From the NCBI RefSeq assembly GCF_001194135.2, contig NC_068981.1:171818031-171861561 (forward strand): a stretch of 43,531 nucleotides of DNA, given 5' to 3'. Below the pieces are notes generated by a model, which was given only the letters and a program-made list of their open reading frames with translations, was not told the DNA's origin and searched no databases. This stretch comes from Octopus bimaculoides. Taxonomy: Eukaryota. Within the stretch, counting starts at the first letter, position 1; the number at the start of each line of letters is the position of its first letter. Made by a program: the position numbers and the translations under genes. Positions 1 through 11,510 of the stretch are shown here, one piece after another.

Positions 1-29
<29 letters not shown>
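1..29. repeat. (TA)n microsatellite
   Basis: Direct reading. Confidence 0.95.
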
Positions 30-33
<4 letters not shown>

Positions 34-56
34 AAGAAAGAATGAAGATGCAAAAC

Positions 57-519
57 GTGGTATCACTTTCGAGCGTGTAATTAATAGTTCCAAAATAATT
101 GTAGAGTTGTTAGAGTAAATAAAGGATTAAGAAGTAATGTATAGAGTCTCTCACAACTATTTCTAAAATAGCTGTGCATATGGTGCATAGGCCACTGAGT
201 AAAGATCTCCATATACGCAAATGATATAGTCTTCAGAGAGGAAGAATTAAGGAATATCCTTAATAAAGGATTCTAGTACATACCATCGTTGAAAAATCCA
301 GGAATATGCTTAGTTAAAGATAACAAGAGTTAGCAGTTCCATCATCGAAGAGAGAGTGAGGTTGATTATGAATTTGCTCAATAACCTATGCACCATATTC
401 ACAGCTATTCTAGAAACAACTGTAAGAGACTCTATGCATTACTTCTTAATCCCTTATTTACCCTAACAACACTGCAACTATGTTTGAATTATAAATCACG
501 CACTCTAAAGTGATACCAC
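57..519. mobile_element. Foldback element, probably inverted Penelope-like pLTR pair
   Basis: 57-191 is the reverse complement of 385-519 at roughly 80% identity by eye (GTGGTATCACTTT...GGTGCATAGG vs CCTATGCACC...AAAGTGATACCAC). Spacer reads DIVFREEELRNILNKGF*YIP from 223. Arms contain a GAAAC-N4-GTA-AGAGAC motif. Confidence 0.6.
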
Positions 520-530
520 ATGTTCTGCTT

Positions 531-680
531 GTGGCGCAAGGTTAACAATTTCGAGTGAGGGTTAAGTCGATTACATTGACCCCAGTTCTCATATGGTACT
601 TAATTTATCGACCCCGAAAGGATGAAAAGCCAGGTCGACCAATGCGGAATTTGACCTCAGAACGTAAAGACGGGCGAAAT
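531..680 (-). mobile_element. tRNA-derived SINE family A (my label), partial
   Basis: GGTACTTAATTTATCGACCCCGAAAGGATGAAAAG...TTTGACCTCAGAACGT matches the reverse complement of the copy at 37625. Confidence 0.85.
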
Positions 681-1004
681 ATGTACACTTGTAGTCAATG
701 TTGTAAATTCTAAGTCGCTTGGAAATATAGCTATGAATGGTATCTGGTATGTATATACAACATCTCTTCTGATGACTTACTGCGGAAGAACTGCGCAAAT
801 TCTATTTGTGCATATGCTTAGAACGTACTACCTGAAAATTATTTTTCTAACTCACATGTTATCGACTTCGCATATGCAAACACGATCGATGACAGGACTT
901 TGACATTTGCTGGTTTGTAGATGTCAAAGGAATATGATGCGACATGCAAAAGTTGTTTGGACTGTTATTAAATTTTTACTGCCTTTGTTTTCAGTAAAGG
1001 CAGT

Positions 1005-2060
1005 CAACATTACTGTTGCAAAAATTCCTGATGTGGGTTAACAATTTTGCGGTCTTAACATCAGTAATTTGGACCTCATCTAGCATCCAGTCGAGTAGCC
1101 CAAACGTTGGTATGAGTACTAGAAAGACAAACGCATTTTTGGCTGTCGATTTATTTCATGAATAAAGTTCCAAAGACCATAGTTTCTTTATTCCTGTGTT
1201 ATATTCCGTAGTTACACATCCCTTGTTAGAGGTTTCATTATCCGAAATATTTTCATCCATTAAGTACCTGTAGCATTCCTCGTCAGATATTGGGGATGGA
1301 CTTGCAGTTCTTCCTCATTTTGCTACCATTTAAGAATACTTGCCGAGGCCAAACCCTATTATCTTCTTTTACTGTCGTAACTAAGACAAGGCTTTCTTTC
1401 ATAGAATTGATACTTGGTATATATTTTCTGACCATCCACCTAGAAGCAATGCTTTTGGTTGGTGTTTCTAGCTTCCTGTGGGCCACTCGTATATCCTCAA
1501 TTTTCCATAACAGACATGAGCCTCACTGAATGTATAAACAGCACCACAAACAGACTGTCACCTTGAAATACACCTCTGCAATATTGTATCTTATGAGTGA
1601 CTATAGAACAACTTGCTGTATTTAACTTCAAGATGATCCAGAACGAAGTCAGATTGTTGACGGCCTTGATAATGTTATCTAGAACTTTAGCAAGAACTCT
1701 AGCATTCACAACAACATCAAATGCCTCATTCTGATCCAATCAGACTGTACCCAGGTTCCTTCTATGTCACCGCTTCTCTAACATCACAGTTTTGCTGACC
1801 AAGAATTACTCAACATGTACTCCTTTCGTTTTCAGCTGTTTGTTGAGCCGTGATAACTTTAATAATATCAAAGGGATCTTGTCGAAATAAATTCAGACAG
1901 GTTTTATACATTTTATACATGAGATTTTGAAAATACAATTGGCCGATAGTTTTTCGTCGTGGGAATGTCTCTAGTATCAGTTTTGTTTCTGCCAGGGCTA
2001 ATTAGCTTGGTATGTTTGTCTGCATTGGGAACTTGCTGGTAAAGGCCAGTCAGACAACGT
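1005..2060 (-). pseudogene. R4/Dong-like non-LTR retrotransposon, reverse transcriptase fragment (degenerate)
   Basis: Minus-strand motifs in order: NYRPI (1937-1951), MYKMYKTCLN, degenerate AFD, RGVFQGDSL (ORF 1497-1739), KKLWSLEL, PTFGLLDW; many frameshifts. Confidence 0.8.
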
Positions 2061-2588
2061 CGATAAAAGCTCATATTTTTGTATTATTATCCAATAATCT
2101 AGTCCTTTCCATATGCTTTCACATCCGAAAGTTTTTGAATCACAGTACCGAGAGTCTCACCATCGATACTGTATGTTTATGATTTAGTAGTGTCTCTATT
2201 TATTTCTAATTTCTTCTATGTAGTTATAGCTGTATATATATACCTCGGAAAGTGAAGGAGTGCTACGCATTGTAAATAGATAATTACATACACACTCTGT
2301 AGAGTTTCACATATATAATATAGTAATCTGAAAAACCTTATTCACAACCTTATTCACAAAAGTTACCCTTGCAATTTGAAAACAAAAACGTTCATGTAAA
2401 TTTCGTAATTTCTGCAAGAGTTTGTCTCATAGCACTTATTATACTGTGCAGAATATTTGTTAAACCTACACTAGATCTTACATTATGCTGGCAACAATTC
2501 ACTGATAGCTTCCCGATATCTACAGTCATTTCCAGCTTGTTTGTATACAGAAAACATGGCTTTCATAATCATGCTATGATCACGATAT

Positions 2589-2645
2589 CAGTATTTATAG
2601 TCCACGACACACTTCTGAACGGACAATAGCATTTCTAATGATTAC
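2589..2645. repeat. 57-bp segment duplicated at 3259-3315
   Basis: CAGTATTTATA(GTC/ATT)CACGACACACTTCTGAACGGACAATAGCATTT(C/T)TAATGATTAC occurs at both sites. Confidence 0.95.
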
Positions 2646-2784
2646 AGGAGCTAACATGTCATAGTAATATAAATTTCTGTTGTTGTTTTCTTAAGATCGG
2701 TTCAACGAACAAAGCACCATAATGTTTGACATTTTCTTCAAGACTGAAATGATTTTACACGGTGTAAACAATCTGAAATCGTGC

Positions 2785-2878
2785 AAGTACATGCGTAAGC
2801 ATGTATGTATGTATGTACCTATGTGTATGTATGTATGTGCGTATGTATGTACGCATGTATGCATGCATGTATGTGTGT
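2785..2878. repeat. Compound (TGTA)/(TGCA)/(TG) microsatellite
   Basis: Direct reading. Confidence 0.9.
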
Positions 2879-2884
2879 CTCTTT

Positions 2885-3960
2885 ATTTTTTAATTATTAT
2901 AAATTTTCCATTCAGGAGGGAGCCAGTTACCAACAAAGATACAAGGCTCAATCTTTGGGATGTAGTTGACACAGACAAATTCACATTTGAAACTTGAGAA
3001 AACTCTTGCATATTTTTACTGTTCCACTCACAGATTGCACTTGTAATGTACGAATTAGCCGGTCAATTTCTCTTTCTGAAAATCGCAAGTTTTTCCAGAT
3101 TCTCCTTTAAGCATTTACTAACAAAACCTAGTGCTCTAAATGTTATTGGGACGAATATGAATTCATAGTCTGGATATAGAAGCTGGAGGTTTCGAAGCAG
3201 TTGTCCATAGATATCCTCTTTTTCTTTTATTTTCAAAGAGATATTCATATCTGCAGGGCAGTATTTATAATTCACGACACACTTCTGAACGGACAATAGC
3301 ATTTTTAATGATTACCTTTGCTCCTCTGTCCCAAACAACAATATCTGGCCTGTTATGTTTACATTTGACAGAAGGTTTGATGGGAATATTCCACCAGTAT
3401 TCCTTGGTGTTTATGAGGGATTTTCTAAGTTTATTTCAGGACAGTCTTTTTTGCGGATGGCATCGTAAATTGTTTTAGCGACAACATTGGGATGTAGTAC
3501 CGTGACGACATTTCAGGACAGCTGATAATCACATGCGTGATGTCTTTCCATAAATATGACATAGCCAACACATGCGGTTGCACCTTGGGATTGCAAGAGC
3601 GTCATTGTCTCTCTCTTGTTCACCAGGTACTTTGTGGCAATCTCTTGTTCCTGGATTGCAAACGCATAGCTTTCAAAATGTGATGTGATGTAGTAGTCTT
3701 GTGTCCAAGAGAGGCCACGCTTCGTGTCAGTTCTACTGTCTTCTTCAAGCTTCTGGGCAACATACCCATGCATAGTTATTTCTTTTTTTTTTGTATGCTA
3801 AGTGCTTTCCATCCAAGTCTTCTCTGAAGTAAGAGAGCCCAGCTGTTTTAACGTTTTATCACCAGGAAGAGAATGCTTCTTGAAGAGTTCATTGCCAATT
3901 CGTACAATGTTGCTCACTTCACTTTTCAGCACTGCATTTAGAACATAAAGACATACAGTT
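2885..3960 (-). pseudogene. R4/Dong-like retrotransposon 3' fragment: CCHC knuckle, restriction-like endonuclease and 3' UTR
   Basis: MHGY...FAIQEQEIATKY, CWLC...ITHVIISCP, EYWWNIPI...HNRPDIVVWD, CPADMNI, LLRNLQLLYPDYEF, ending TVKICKSFLKFQM*. Confidence 0.85.
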
Positions 3961-4015
3961 AAACACCACCGATTTTGTTATTCATACAACCATGTTGTTT
4001 TCTGACATGGACATA

Positions 4016-4190
4016 GGAAGCGCATAGCCTAGGGGTTAAGATGTTGGGTTGAGGATCATAAGATCATGGGTTCGATCCCGGGCCGGTCAGCGCGACATTG
4101 TTTTTCTTTTGTTTTTTTTTTTAGTAAAACTCATTTCACATGGTTTCTGTTTATCTGAAAATGAGTACCAACCCAGTTTTGGTGCATCCC
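4016..4190 (+). mobile_element. Degenerate tRNA-headed SINE, similar to family C (16256)
   Basis: GGAAGCGCATAGCCTAGGGGTTAAG A-box-like and GGTTCGATCCC B-box-like, followed by CATTTCAC...GAAAATGAG. Confidence 0.55.
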
Positions 4191-4620
4191 ACTCCTCTCT
4201 CTCTCTCTCCACACATATATATANNNNNNNNNNNNNNNNNNNNNNNNNNNNNNNNNNNNNNNNNTATATATATATATATATTCCTCTCTCGACGTTCTGC
4301 TGGATAGAAAGCAGGAAGGTCGACAGAATGTCTACGTCTGCTCGCGACTACATAAGCTTCTAGAATAACCAGCGAAAGTATTGCATAAGCTGCAATGTTA
4401 TACTTGCCTTGAACGATGGTTGTGTGTCCGTGCGGTCGGGAATACAAAGAGACACAAATTTCGAAAACGAGTGTGATGGGTTAAATTACTCCACTTAACT
4501 GGTAATTATTTCACTGAGCCCTAAGATCGAATAATAAAATTAACTTCGGTAGGATTTAAACTATGAATGTAAAGAAATATGGACAAACACCGCTTGGCAA
4601 CTGTACCGAGCGTTTCTAAC

Positions 4621-4672
4621 ATTGAACAATTATATATTGGTTTCAAATTGAACAATTATATATTGGTTTCAA
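4621..4672. repeat. 26-bp tandem duplication
   Basis: ATTGAACAATTATATATTGGTTTCAA x2. Confidence 0.95.
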
Positions 4673-4880
4673 ATTTTGACACAAGGCCGGCAGTTTAGGG
4701 GGAGGTGCTATGCCAATTACATCGACCACCAGTGGTCAACTGGTACTTATTTTAATCGACCCCGAGAGGATGAAAAGCAAAGTCAACTTCAGACACATTT
4801 GAACTCAGAACGTGAAAATGAACGAAATGTTAAATATTTTACCCGGCGTGGTAACGGTTCCGCCAGCTTATCGCCTTGCA
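4665..4880 (-). mobile_element. SINE family A, near full length, diverged
   Basis: CAAGGCC tail, GGTACTTATTTTAATCGACCCCGAGAGGATGAAAAG, TTTGAACTCAGAACG, CCCGGCGTG...CCGCCAGC head. Confidence 0.8.
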
Positions 4881-5344
4881 TTTACCACTCGATTTACAAG
4901 CGTGAACGAGCCGAAAGTTGCTTCGAATGGGAATAGAAACTTGTCAGCTGTTTACCTCTTGCGTAGCACAAACCTCATCAATCGATTTACATTCGTTATT
5001 CCAGTATATTCTATTATCCAATTGCTTTTTCTTATTTTGTTTCCTTCTCAGTATTTCATCAGCAACGAAATGAGAAATTCTTGCTAAATATTTAAGAAAT
5101 GTGATAAGGATCAGTCATTTATTTTCAAATTGCTATTCGTAATATTTTGTTTTTAATTAATTTTAATGATTTAATTTCATTGCAAAACGTTTTCTAATTA
5201 CTCCGTTTTAAAAATGCATATGTGTTTTAAATACACAATTTCAATATTGGTGACTACCAACTGAGGCGTTGCATAAGCAATAAGTTTTCGACAGAGAGAA
5301 TATAACATTACCGATTTGTGGTTATTTCACTTACTCCACTAATA

Positions 5345-5470
5345 ATTCTTTCAAATTTTAGTACAAGGCAAGCGATGGTGAAGGGATAAGGAAGTTGGTT
5401 ATATCGATACCAGTGCACAACCGGAACTTATTTTATCGATCTCGATGACATTCGAACATAGAACATACAG
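5345..5470 (-). mobile_element. SINE family A remnant
   Basis: AAATTTTAGTACAAGGC tail and GGAACTTATTTTATCGA core. Confidence 0.5.
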
Positions 5471-6079
5471 AGGCAGAGCTAACTTCATTAATCATAATGA
5501 GCACAGATCACAGCTTGTATTTTTCATCTTCTGAAGTCAGCTTAATTGATCACATATATGAGATAGATATTCCTTAGTACACTAGCTCTACAGCACTATC
5601 ATGTAATTATCATTTTCCTCACATTTTAAAATAAAATATTTCATATTAACACGTATATACTAATCAAGGATTATGGTTAAATAGTATGGAAGAATAGTTA
5701 TAGAAGAGCTTGTAGTACGAGGGACAAAATACTCTGCTGATGTAAGTTTTGAGTTCAAACCCGGCCCAGGCAGACTAAGCTATTTTCTCCTCCTTATCAT
5801 TCAAATACTGGGATCAATTTAGCTATCTATACCCTCTCCCGTCGCGCGTGATCTTGTGGAAATGTTAGTAATCAACACACATATACATATAAGTTTTAAA
5901 ATCATGCTACAGTGTGGGACCAAAAAACTCTGGATTTCCCTGTTAGCATATAATGCCAGAGATCACAGCACACGAATGTTTTCTTTTGTTTTGATATACA
6001 TATTGGTTAGAATTTCTGACCGTTAGTGTTCATTTTGTTCGATGTACTAAGCTATGAGGTTCACTGAATTGATTTGTAA

Positions 6080-6320
6080 ATGCCTGTTCAGACCACAGAC
6101 AAATATACCCTTAACGTAACTTTCTCAAGTAGAATCAGCGTAACATTATATGACAAGACTGGGCCTTGGAATTACAAGTGCAATCCATCTGATGATCTTC
6201 TACATAGTTTTCATTTAACCAATTTCACTTATAAGGCAATAGAAATGAAATTTGTCCAAGATGCCACACAGCAGAATCGGAACCGCGACCTCACGATTTC
6301 GAGGTGAATTTCCTGCACAA
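6080..6320 (-). mobile_element. Mosaic SINE remnant: family D-like head with family B-like tail
   Basis: Reverse complement reads GGTTCCGATTCTGCTGTGTGGCATCTTGGACAAA (D-like) then GTAATTCCAAGGCCCAGTCTTGTCA...GTTACGTTAAGGGTA (B tail as at 20383-20460). Confidence 0.55.
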
Positions 6321-6350
6321 ACGAACATCTTACTATTTCAGACCATGCCC

Positions 6351-6602
6351 GGTAAGTTTACCGTCATCAAATCACCACAGGGAAAGTTCACCGTCATCAA
6401 TTCACCACAGACAAAGTTCACCGTGCGAAGTTTTTGACATAAGTTTTAAATAAAATAGCTTTAACTATTATTGGTGAGAAACTATGGATATATTTTCTCA
6501 GTAAACTTTCTTCTCAGTGAAATTTCCTCACGGTTAACTTTGTTCACGGTGTATTGATGGTGGTGTACTCCCCTGCGATGAACTGATAGCGGTAAACTTA
6601 CC
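6351..6602. mobile_element. MITE/foldback with ~80-bp TIRs built of ~30-bp subrepeats
   Basis: Left end GGTAAGTTTACCG; right end CGGTAAACTTACC is its reverse complement; similarity continues through the AAAGTTCACCGTCATCAA-type units. Confidence 0.75.
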
Positions 6603-6974
6603 TGTAGTCATTTTAGACTAGGAAGGTGGGAATCAGAAATTCGTGGTTTTCTCCTAAGTCCAATAAAGTATAAGTTATTAGAAAAAACTTGAAGCGCGTA
6701 TGGACATCATATCGCGCTCTTTTTGCCAAGAGGTGGGGCGTACCCTTTGCTCAGCATTTTTACCAAATGAACTTTCTTACATACTGATCTCTAATAATGG
6801 GATACGACTAGAAATTTATGTGGAAGAAGGAAACAGTTTATCATTTAAAGTCCCATGCTTCATCTTACCTAACCCAGCGAAGTCGAATTCGAACTCAAGG
6901 CACAAAAGGAATTGCAACTGAAAATTCTAATGTATTATTTATGTCTGCCGTTACACCCCGCTCTCAAAGGAAAT

Positions 6975-7200
6975 TCATAATTGTTATTGATTTCTCACTT
7001 TGGCACAAAACCAGAAACTTGAAAAGAAGTGTTATTGTCAATAAATTCAAACCAGTGTAATAAACGTACTTATTTTATCAACTACTATAGAGATGGACAA
7101 CAGACACAGTCGGTCTCTGTGAGATTTCAAAACACACGTGAATGTACCTAACTAAATTACTTTGCGACATTTAGTCTAGTATTCTGCTGTTTCTGCTCCT
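6975..7200 (-). mobile_element. SINE family A remnant, old
   Basis: TTTGGCACAAAACC tail and GTACTTATTTTATCAAC core. Confidence 0.5.
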
Positions 7201-7459
7201 TCGTTTCTTTAGTAACCTTTGCAATAACAGTTTCTCACATTTATCTCAAGGTTAGAGATTTTTTGAAAAAGAGTTGTTTCGATTGAATTGGCCCCTGATA
7301 AATCATCATTATTTATTTTATTGACCCCAAAAAGGCGTTGAATAGACAGAATCGTTTGGGCATCAGAGTTGTTAGAATGCTTTACGGTTTTTATTCTAAT
7401 CTCTGAGCGCTGGGTTTAAACCATGCCTTTACCTCATTCGAGTTAGCAGATAAAGTATC

Positions 7460-7710
7460 AGTTAGAGTAGCGGATTGGCAGAACTGATAGAGCGACGGAA
7501 AAAAGATGTCCTGTATTATTTGTTCAATCTCTTAGCGTTCTAAGTTCAAATACCACTTCCCATCAGAAGCCTTCTGAGTTCAAATCTAACGGAGGTTAAT
7601 TTTACCTTTCCAGGGTGGATAAAATGGTACCAATCAAAGCAAAGACTGAAGTTGATTTCACTGAATAGTTCTCTCTCACAAATTTGAACCTTGTGCTTAT
7701 GTCAGAAATT
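7460..7710 (+). mobile_element. SINE family A remnant, old
   Basis: TTGGCAGAACTGATAGAGC head, two CTRAGTTCAAAT B-box copies, CCTTGTGCTTATGTCAGAAA tail. Confidence 0.55.
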
Positions 7711-9555
7711 GATATGGTGCTACTTCACTTCTGGTTAAAAGCTCAGATCCCTCCGGACCGACTGTGTTTTTTATCCTTTCATGACCCATAAAATAAACTC
7801 CAGTAGCTTATTAGGGTTGCGGTTATCAACAGCTATCTTTCTCCAATGTTCGTATTATTATGATGATATTAGAAACATATTTTGAAGGTCGAAAGTTTAC
7901 AAGTGTGAGATGCTTTGTACAAAAAAGCTGCAGAATCAATTGATGAAGTCTTCAACCTGCAAACACTATTACATTGAGTCTATGGTCAAAAATATTCACT
8001 TCTTAAACTGCTAAGTTCATCTAGTTTTTAGTGTTTACGATATTTGTTTCAATATCCTATTATAAGTTGCTGAAACAAACACTGAGTAACGGATGAATAT
8101 TTTGTTACCTTCGTATGCTGAATTCAATTCACATCTGTTAAGTGGTGTTTGCCGTGGGATATTCGCTAACACATTGATTCACACGAGATGAATGACAAGC
8201 AGAATAAGAATTCAAATGGTTCTCCGAACATCAAATGGTTTACAGAACTCACAAAATTTCTGTAATTTTATTTCTCTTTTGAACGTTACTTTAAACATCA
8301 TTGTTAATCTACAGTAGTGTTTGCCGAAAGTCAACCGCAAACACTTGTATTTCTAGCCTTCAACATTTACTCTTATGACTGTAATTAATATTCAAATAAA
8401 TATATAGCTCACATACACTTTTGGTGACTCTTAACATTCCCTTTGTGGTTTGTACGGGCCCCTTTGATAATAACTGATGTAAAAGAGCAGAGCGTGAATT
8501 ACTCTATTTAAAAACATATACTGATGTTAGGCAGTAGATTTACCAGTTAGTGACAGAAAAAGTCAACGAAACCACTGAAGAGATTCCAACACATATTTCT
8601 AGCTTGCTATGTGATGATGTTCCCGATTACATAACAGAGCGACGGCCAAACCTTCTTTTCCAATTACATATTATAACTTCTTTCTAGGACTACATCGGTA
8701 ATTTTTTTTTTTTTTGTATTTCTAGAAGACAGTTCGTTAGCCACTTCATGATAGCCAATCTAGCAAGGTATCCTACTTAATGACTGTCTCAAATTGGTAC
8801 TTAAAATATTTAATGCCTTATACATTAAAGACTTAACGGTTAATTCTTCCATATATACCATTTTGAAAGAGCTTAGATGGCTGACTCTATGTGGTATCGA
8901 AGAACCAGAGAAAAAGTCGACGGTTCTTAATCACTTTGAGAACACTGAAATATGTTTGTAGCGAAGTGAACTGACTCAAGTTCATGTTTCGCTGATGAGG
9001 TGAGAATAACTCATATAGACACGTTTTCTCTATTACTTTATAATTAAAATAATATTAGTCATTAATTCAAATTGTTTTCTCTCTACTGTATTATCGTTTC
9101 TATTTAGTCTTTTAATGCTTACTACATTGACAATTCCTTTAATGCAAATGATGTTTCCGAGTTATTTTATCCTCTAAACAATTCTGTTTTCCTTCACCAG
9201 CCAATGTTCAATCTTGTACTTTTATTACTAATACTTTTCTCACTACTTCACGAGTTCAGTGTAAGCTTTGCTTCACTTATGAGGTAAGAATAACACTTCA
9301 ATATATTATGAGGTAAGAATAACAATTAAATATATTACTGAGCAATATTGCGTGTGTTGTTTTTCTCACTTTATAAATATTATTTAAATACGTTAACTGA
9401 CGACTTCCTTTACTTCTAAACTGGTGTTGTTTTGTCGTCATTGTTCCAGGCCAAGTCTGATCGAGCAGATCTACCGTTAAAGAGGTGACCAGATGTGATC
9501 CTAGCATCATTTAGAGCTTTTAGGAACTATATTAATATATCTTTCATTTTTTTAA

Positions 9556-9722
9556 AACCCTTTAGCATTTAAATCGGCCTAAATATTCGGTCCTGATATA
9601 CTACATGTTTTATGTTCAATCCGGCCAGATCCGGTCTCTGACACTAACCCTATAAACCTTAACTTTAAACTATGTGAATAAATGAACATTACATTTGACG
9701 AAGTAAGATGGCTGAGTAAAGG
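9556..9722. mobile_element. Degenerate MITE-like repeat
   Basis: Starts AACCCTTTAGCATT and ends with a decayed inverted counterpart (CTGAGTAAAGG); family recognised from memory only. Confidence 0.4.
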
Positions 9723-10362
9723 CGTTGTGTGAGTTTAAGTTGCCCTGTGAGATAGCAAAATTACCCCACAGCTCACCTTCTTAAATGTATCATACCTTCG
9801 GCGACATTAGTTACTGTCCTGGGTAGGCAGTACACACCGCATATCCCACGGTAAGCAACCAAGACAGTAATATTTCAGGCAAATTTAAGCATAACTTCTA
9901 TCACGTCAAGCGATAACGAAGCTGTTTCCTTGCTGGATCCACAAAATTTTAACTATGAGGAAATGATGCATGGTTTGATTTCATAAGGTGGTCAGATGTT
10001 CACCTGCAATTAGGCCAACGTCTAATATGTCGATATCCCCATAGGTATTTTTCTTCCTCGTTCACTCAATGCTACAGAGACTCGAGATAATGGCAGGACC
10101 CCTTTGGGTGCTTGTGATTTCAGAAAAAAAAATGATTAAGAAAAGATAATCCTTCAACGTGACAGATGTATATCAATTATAATAGTAATTGTTCGTTAGC
10201 ATATGTTGACAATAAACTAGGCAGTTATACTAGCTTTATCGGCATCATTCAGAAACAATTCAATGCTATCATTGGAATAAATATCATTTATGAAGAGAAA
10301 AAAAGGGGGAAACTACCAAGATAAATATCGCATTCTCTGCTCACTCCTCTATCATGTTCTCT

Positions 10363-10470
<108 letters not shown>

Positions 10471-10729
10471 TTCCTCATCACTCATTCACTTTCCATGAAT
10501 ATTCTATTTCATGGCTTTAAGGTCTAAAAAGAAAAGCAAAACTAAATGATCAGAGATTAGCATATGTCCTCTATTCAGAAATAAGATCTGCATCATTAAT
10601 TTGATGAATTAATGATAAGAATCTTTAATCCAATTGATTCTAGTTAGTGAAGTAATATTGATAACAAAAAGACAATTATTACTAATTATATTGAAACACT
10701 CATATTTTATCAGTTAGAAGATTTAACGA

Positions 10730-10751
10730 TATACACACATACATGCATACA

Positions 10752-10808
<57 letters not shown>

Positions 10809-10811
10809 TAG

Positions 10812-10842
<31 letters not shown>

Positions 10843-10945
10843 TATATACATACAGTACATACAAACATGCATATGGATACGTATGTAGATGTGTGCATAG
10901 ATACAAGAGTATTTGTGTGTATGTGCAAATACACACGCACACACG
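10730..10945. repeat. Compound (CA)n/(TA)n/(TG)n microsatellite
   Basis: Direct reading. Confidence 0.9.
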
Positions 10946-11409
10946 CGTGCGTACGTTCGTTTATAATTTCAGTCTTTTGACTTGGCTTACGTTGGGAGAT
11001 AGACTTCGATTGATCTAGTTGACCACATCAAACCCAAACTATAATTCTGTCATCTACTTATATAACGGATACCTGCATGTGAAATGGCCAAAGTTTACTT
11101 CCTTAATGAATATGGACGCCACTTATACTGATTTGTAGTCCCTAGTTTTAGCAGAAGATACGCTTCTGAGGAGTGATGCAGTGGGATTGAACTAGAAAGA
11201 CACACACCCAGACAGCATCTAGCCCCAAACGTAACTTGTAACAATAAAAGCCTCTCAATCTGCCGACTTAGACAATCATGCTTCTGTAAAGATGTGATAT
11301 ATAGAATAACTATAATACCTGTAAATATTATCAAAAGGAATTTACTGGAATCATCTGAAACATTTTCAAGAACCGATGAATCTTATATATACTATCATTC
11401 AGAACAAAA

Positions 11410-11415
11410 CAGGGA

Positions 11416-11473
<58 letters not shown>

Positions 11474-11510
11474 GAGAGAGAGAGAGAGAAATAGAGAGAG
11501 AGAGAGGGGG
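11410..11510. repeat. (GA)n microsatellite
   Basis: Direct reading. Confidence 0.95.

Noticed and set aside
8316-8356. Hairpin AGTGTTTGC/GCAAACACT followed by CTAG, Helitron 3'-end-like
   Set aside because: Followed by C rather than T, no 5' end or second copy seen
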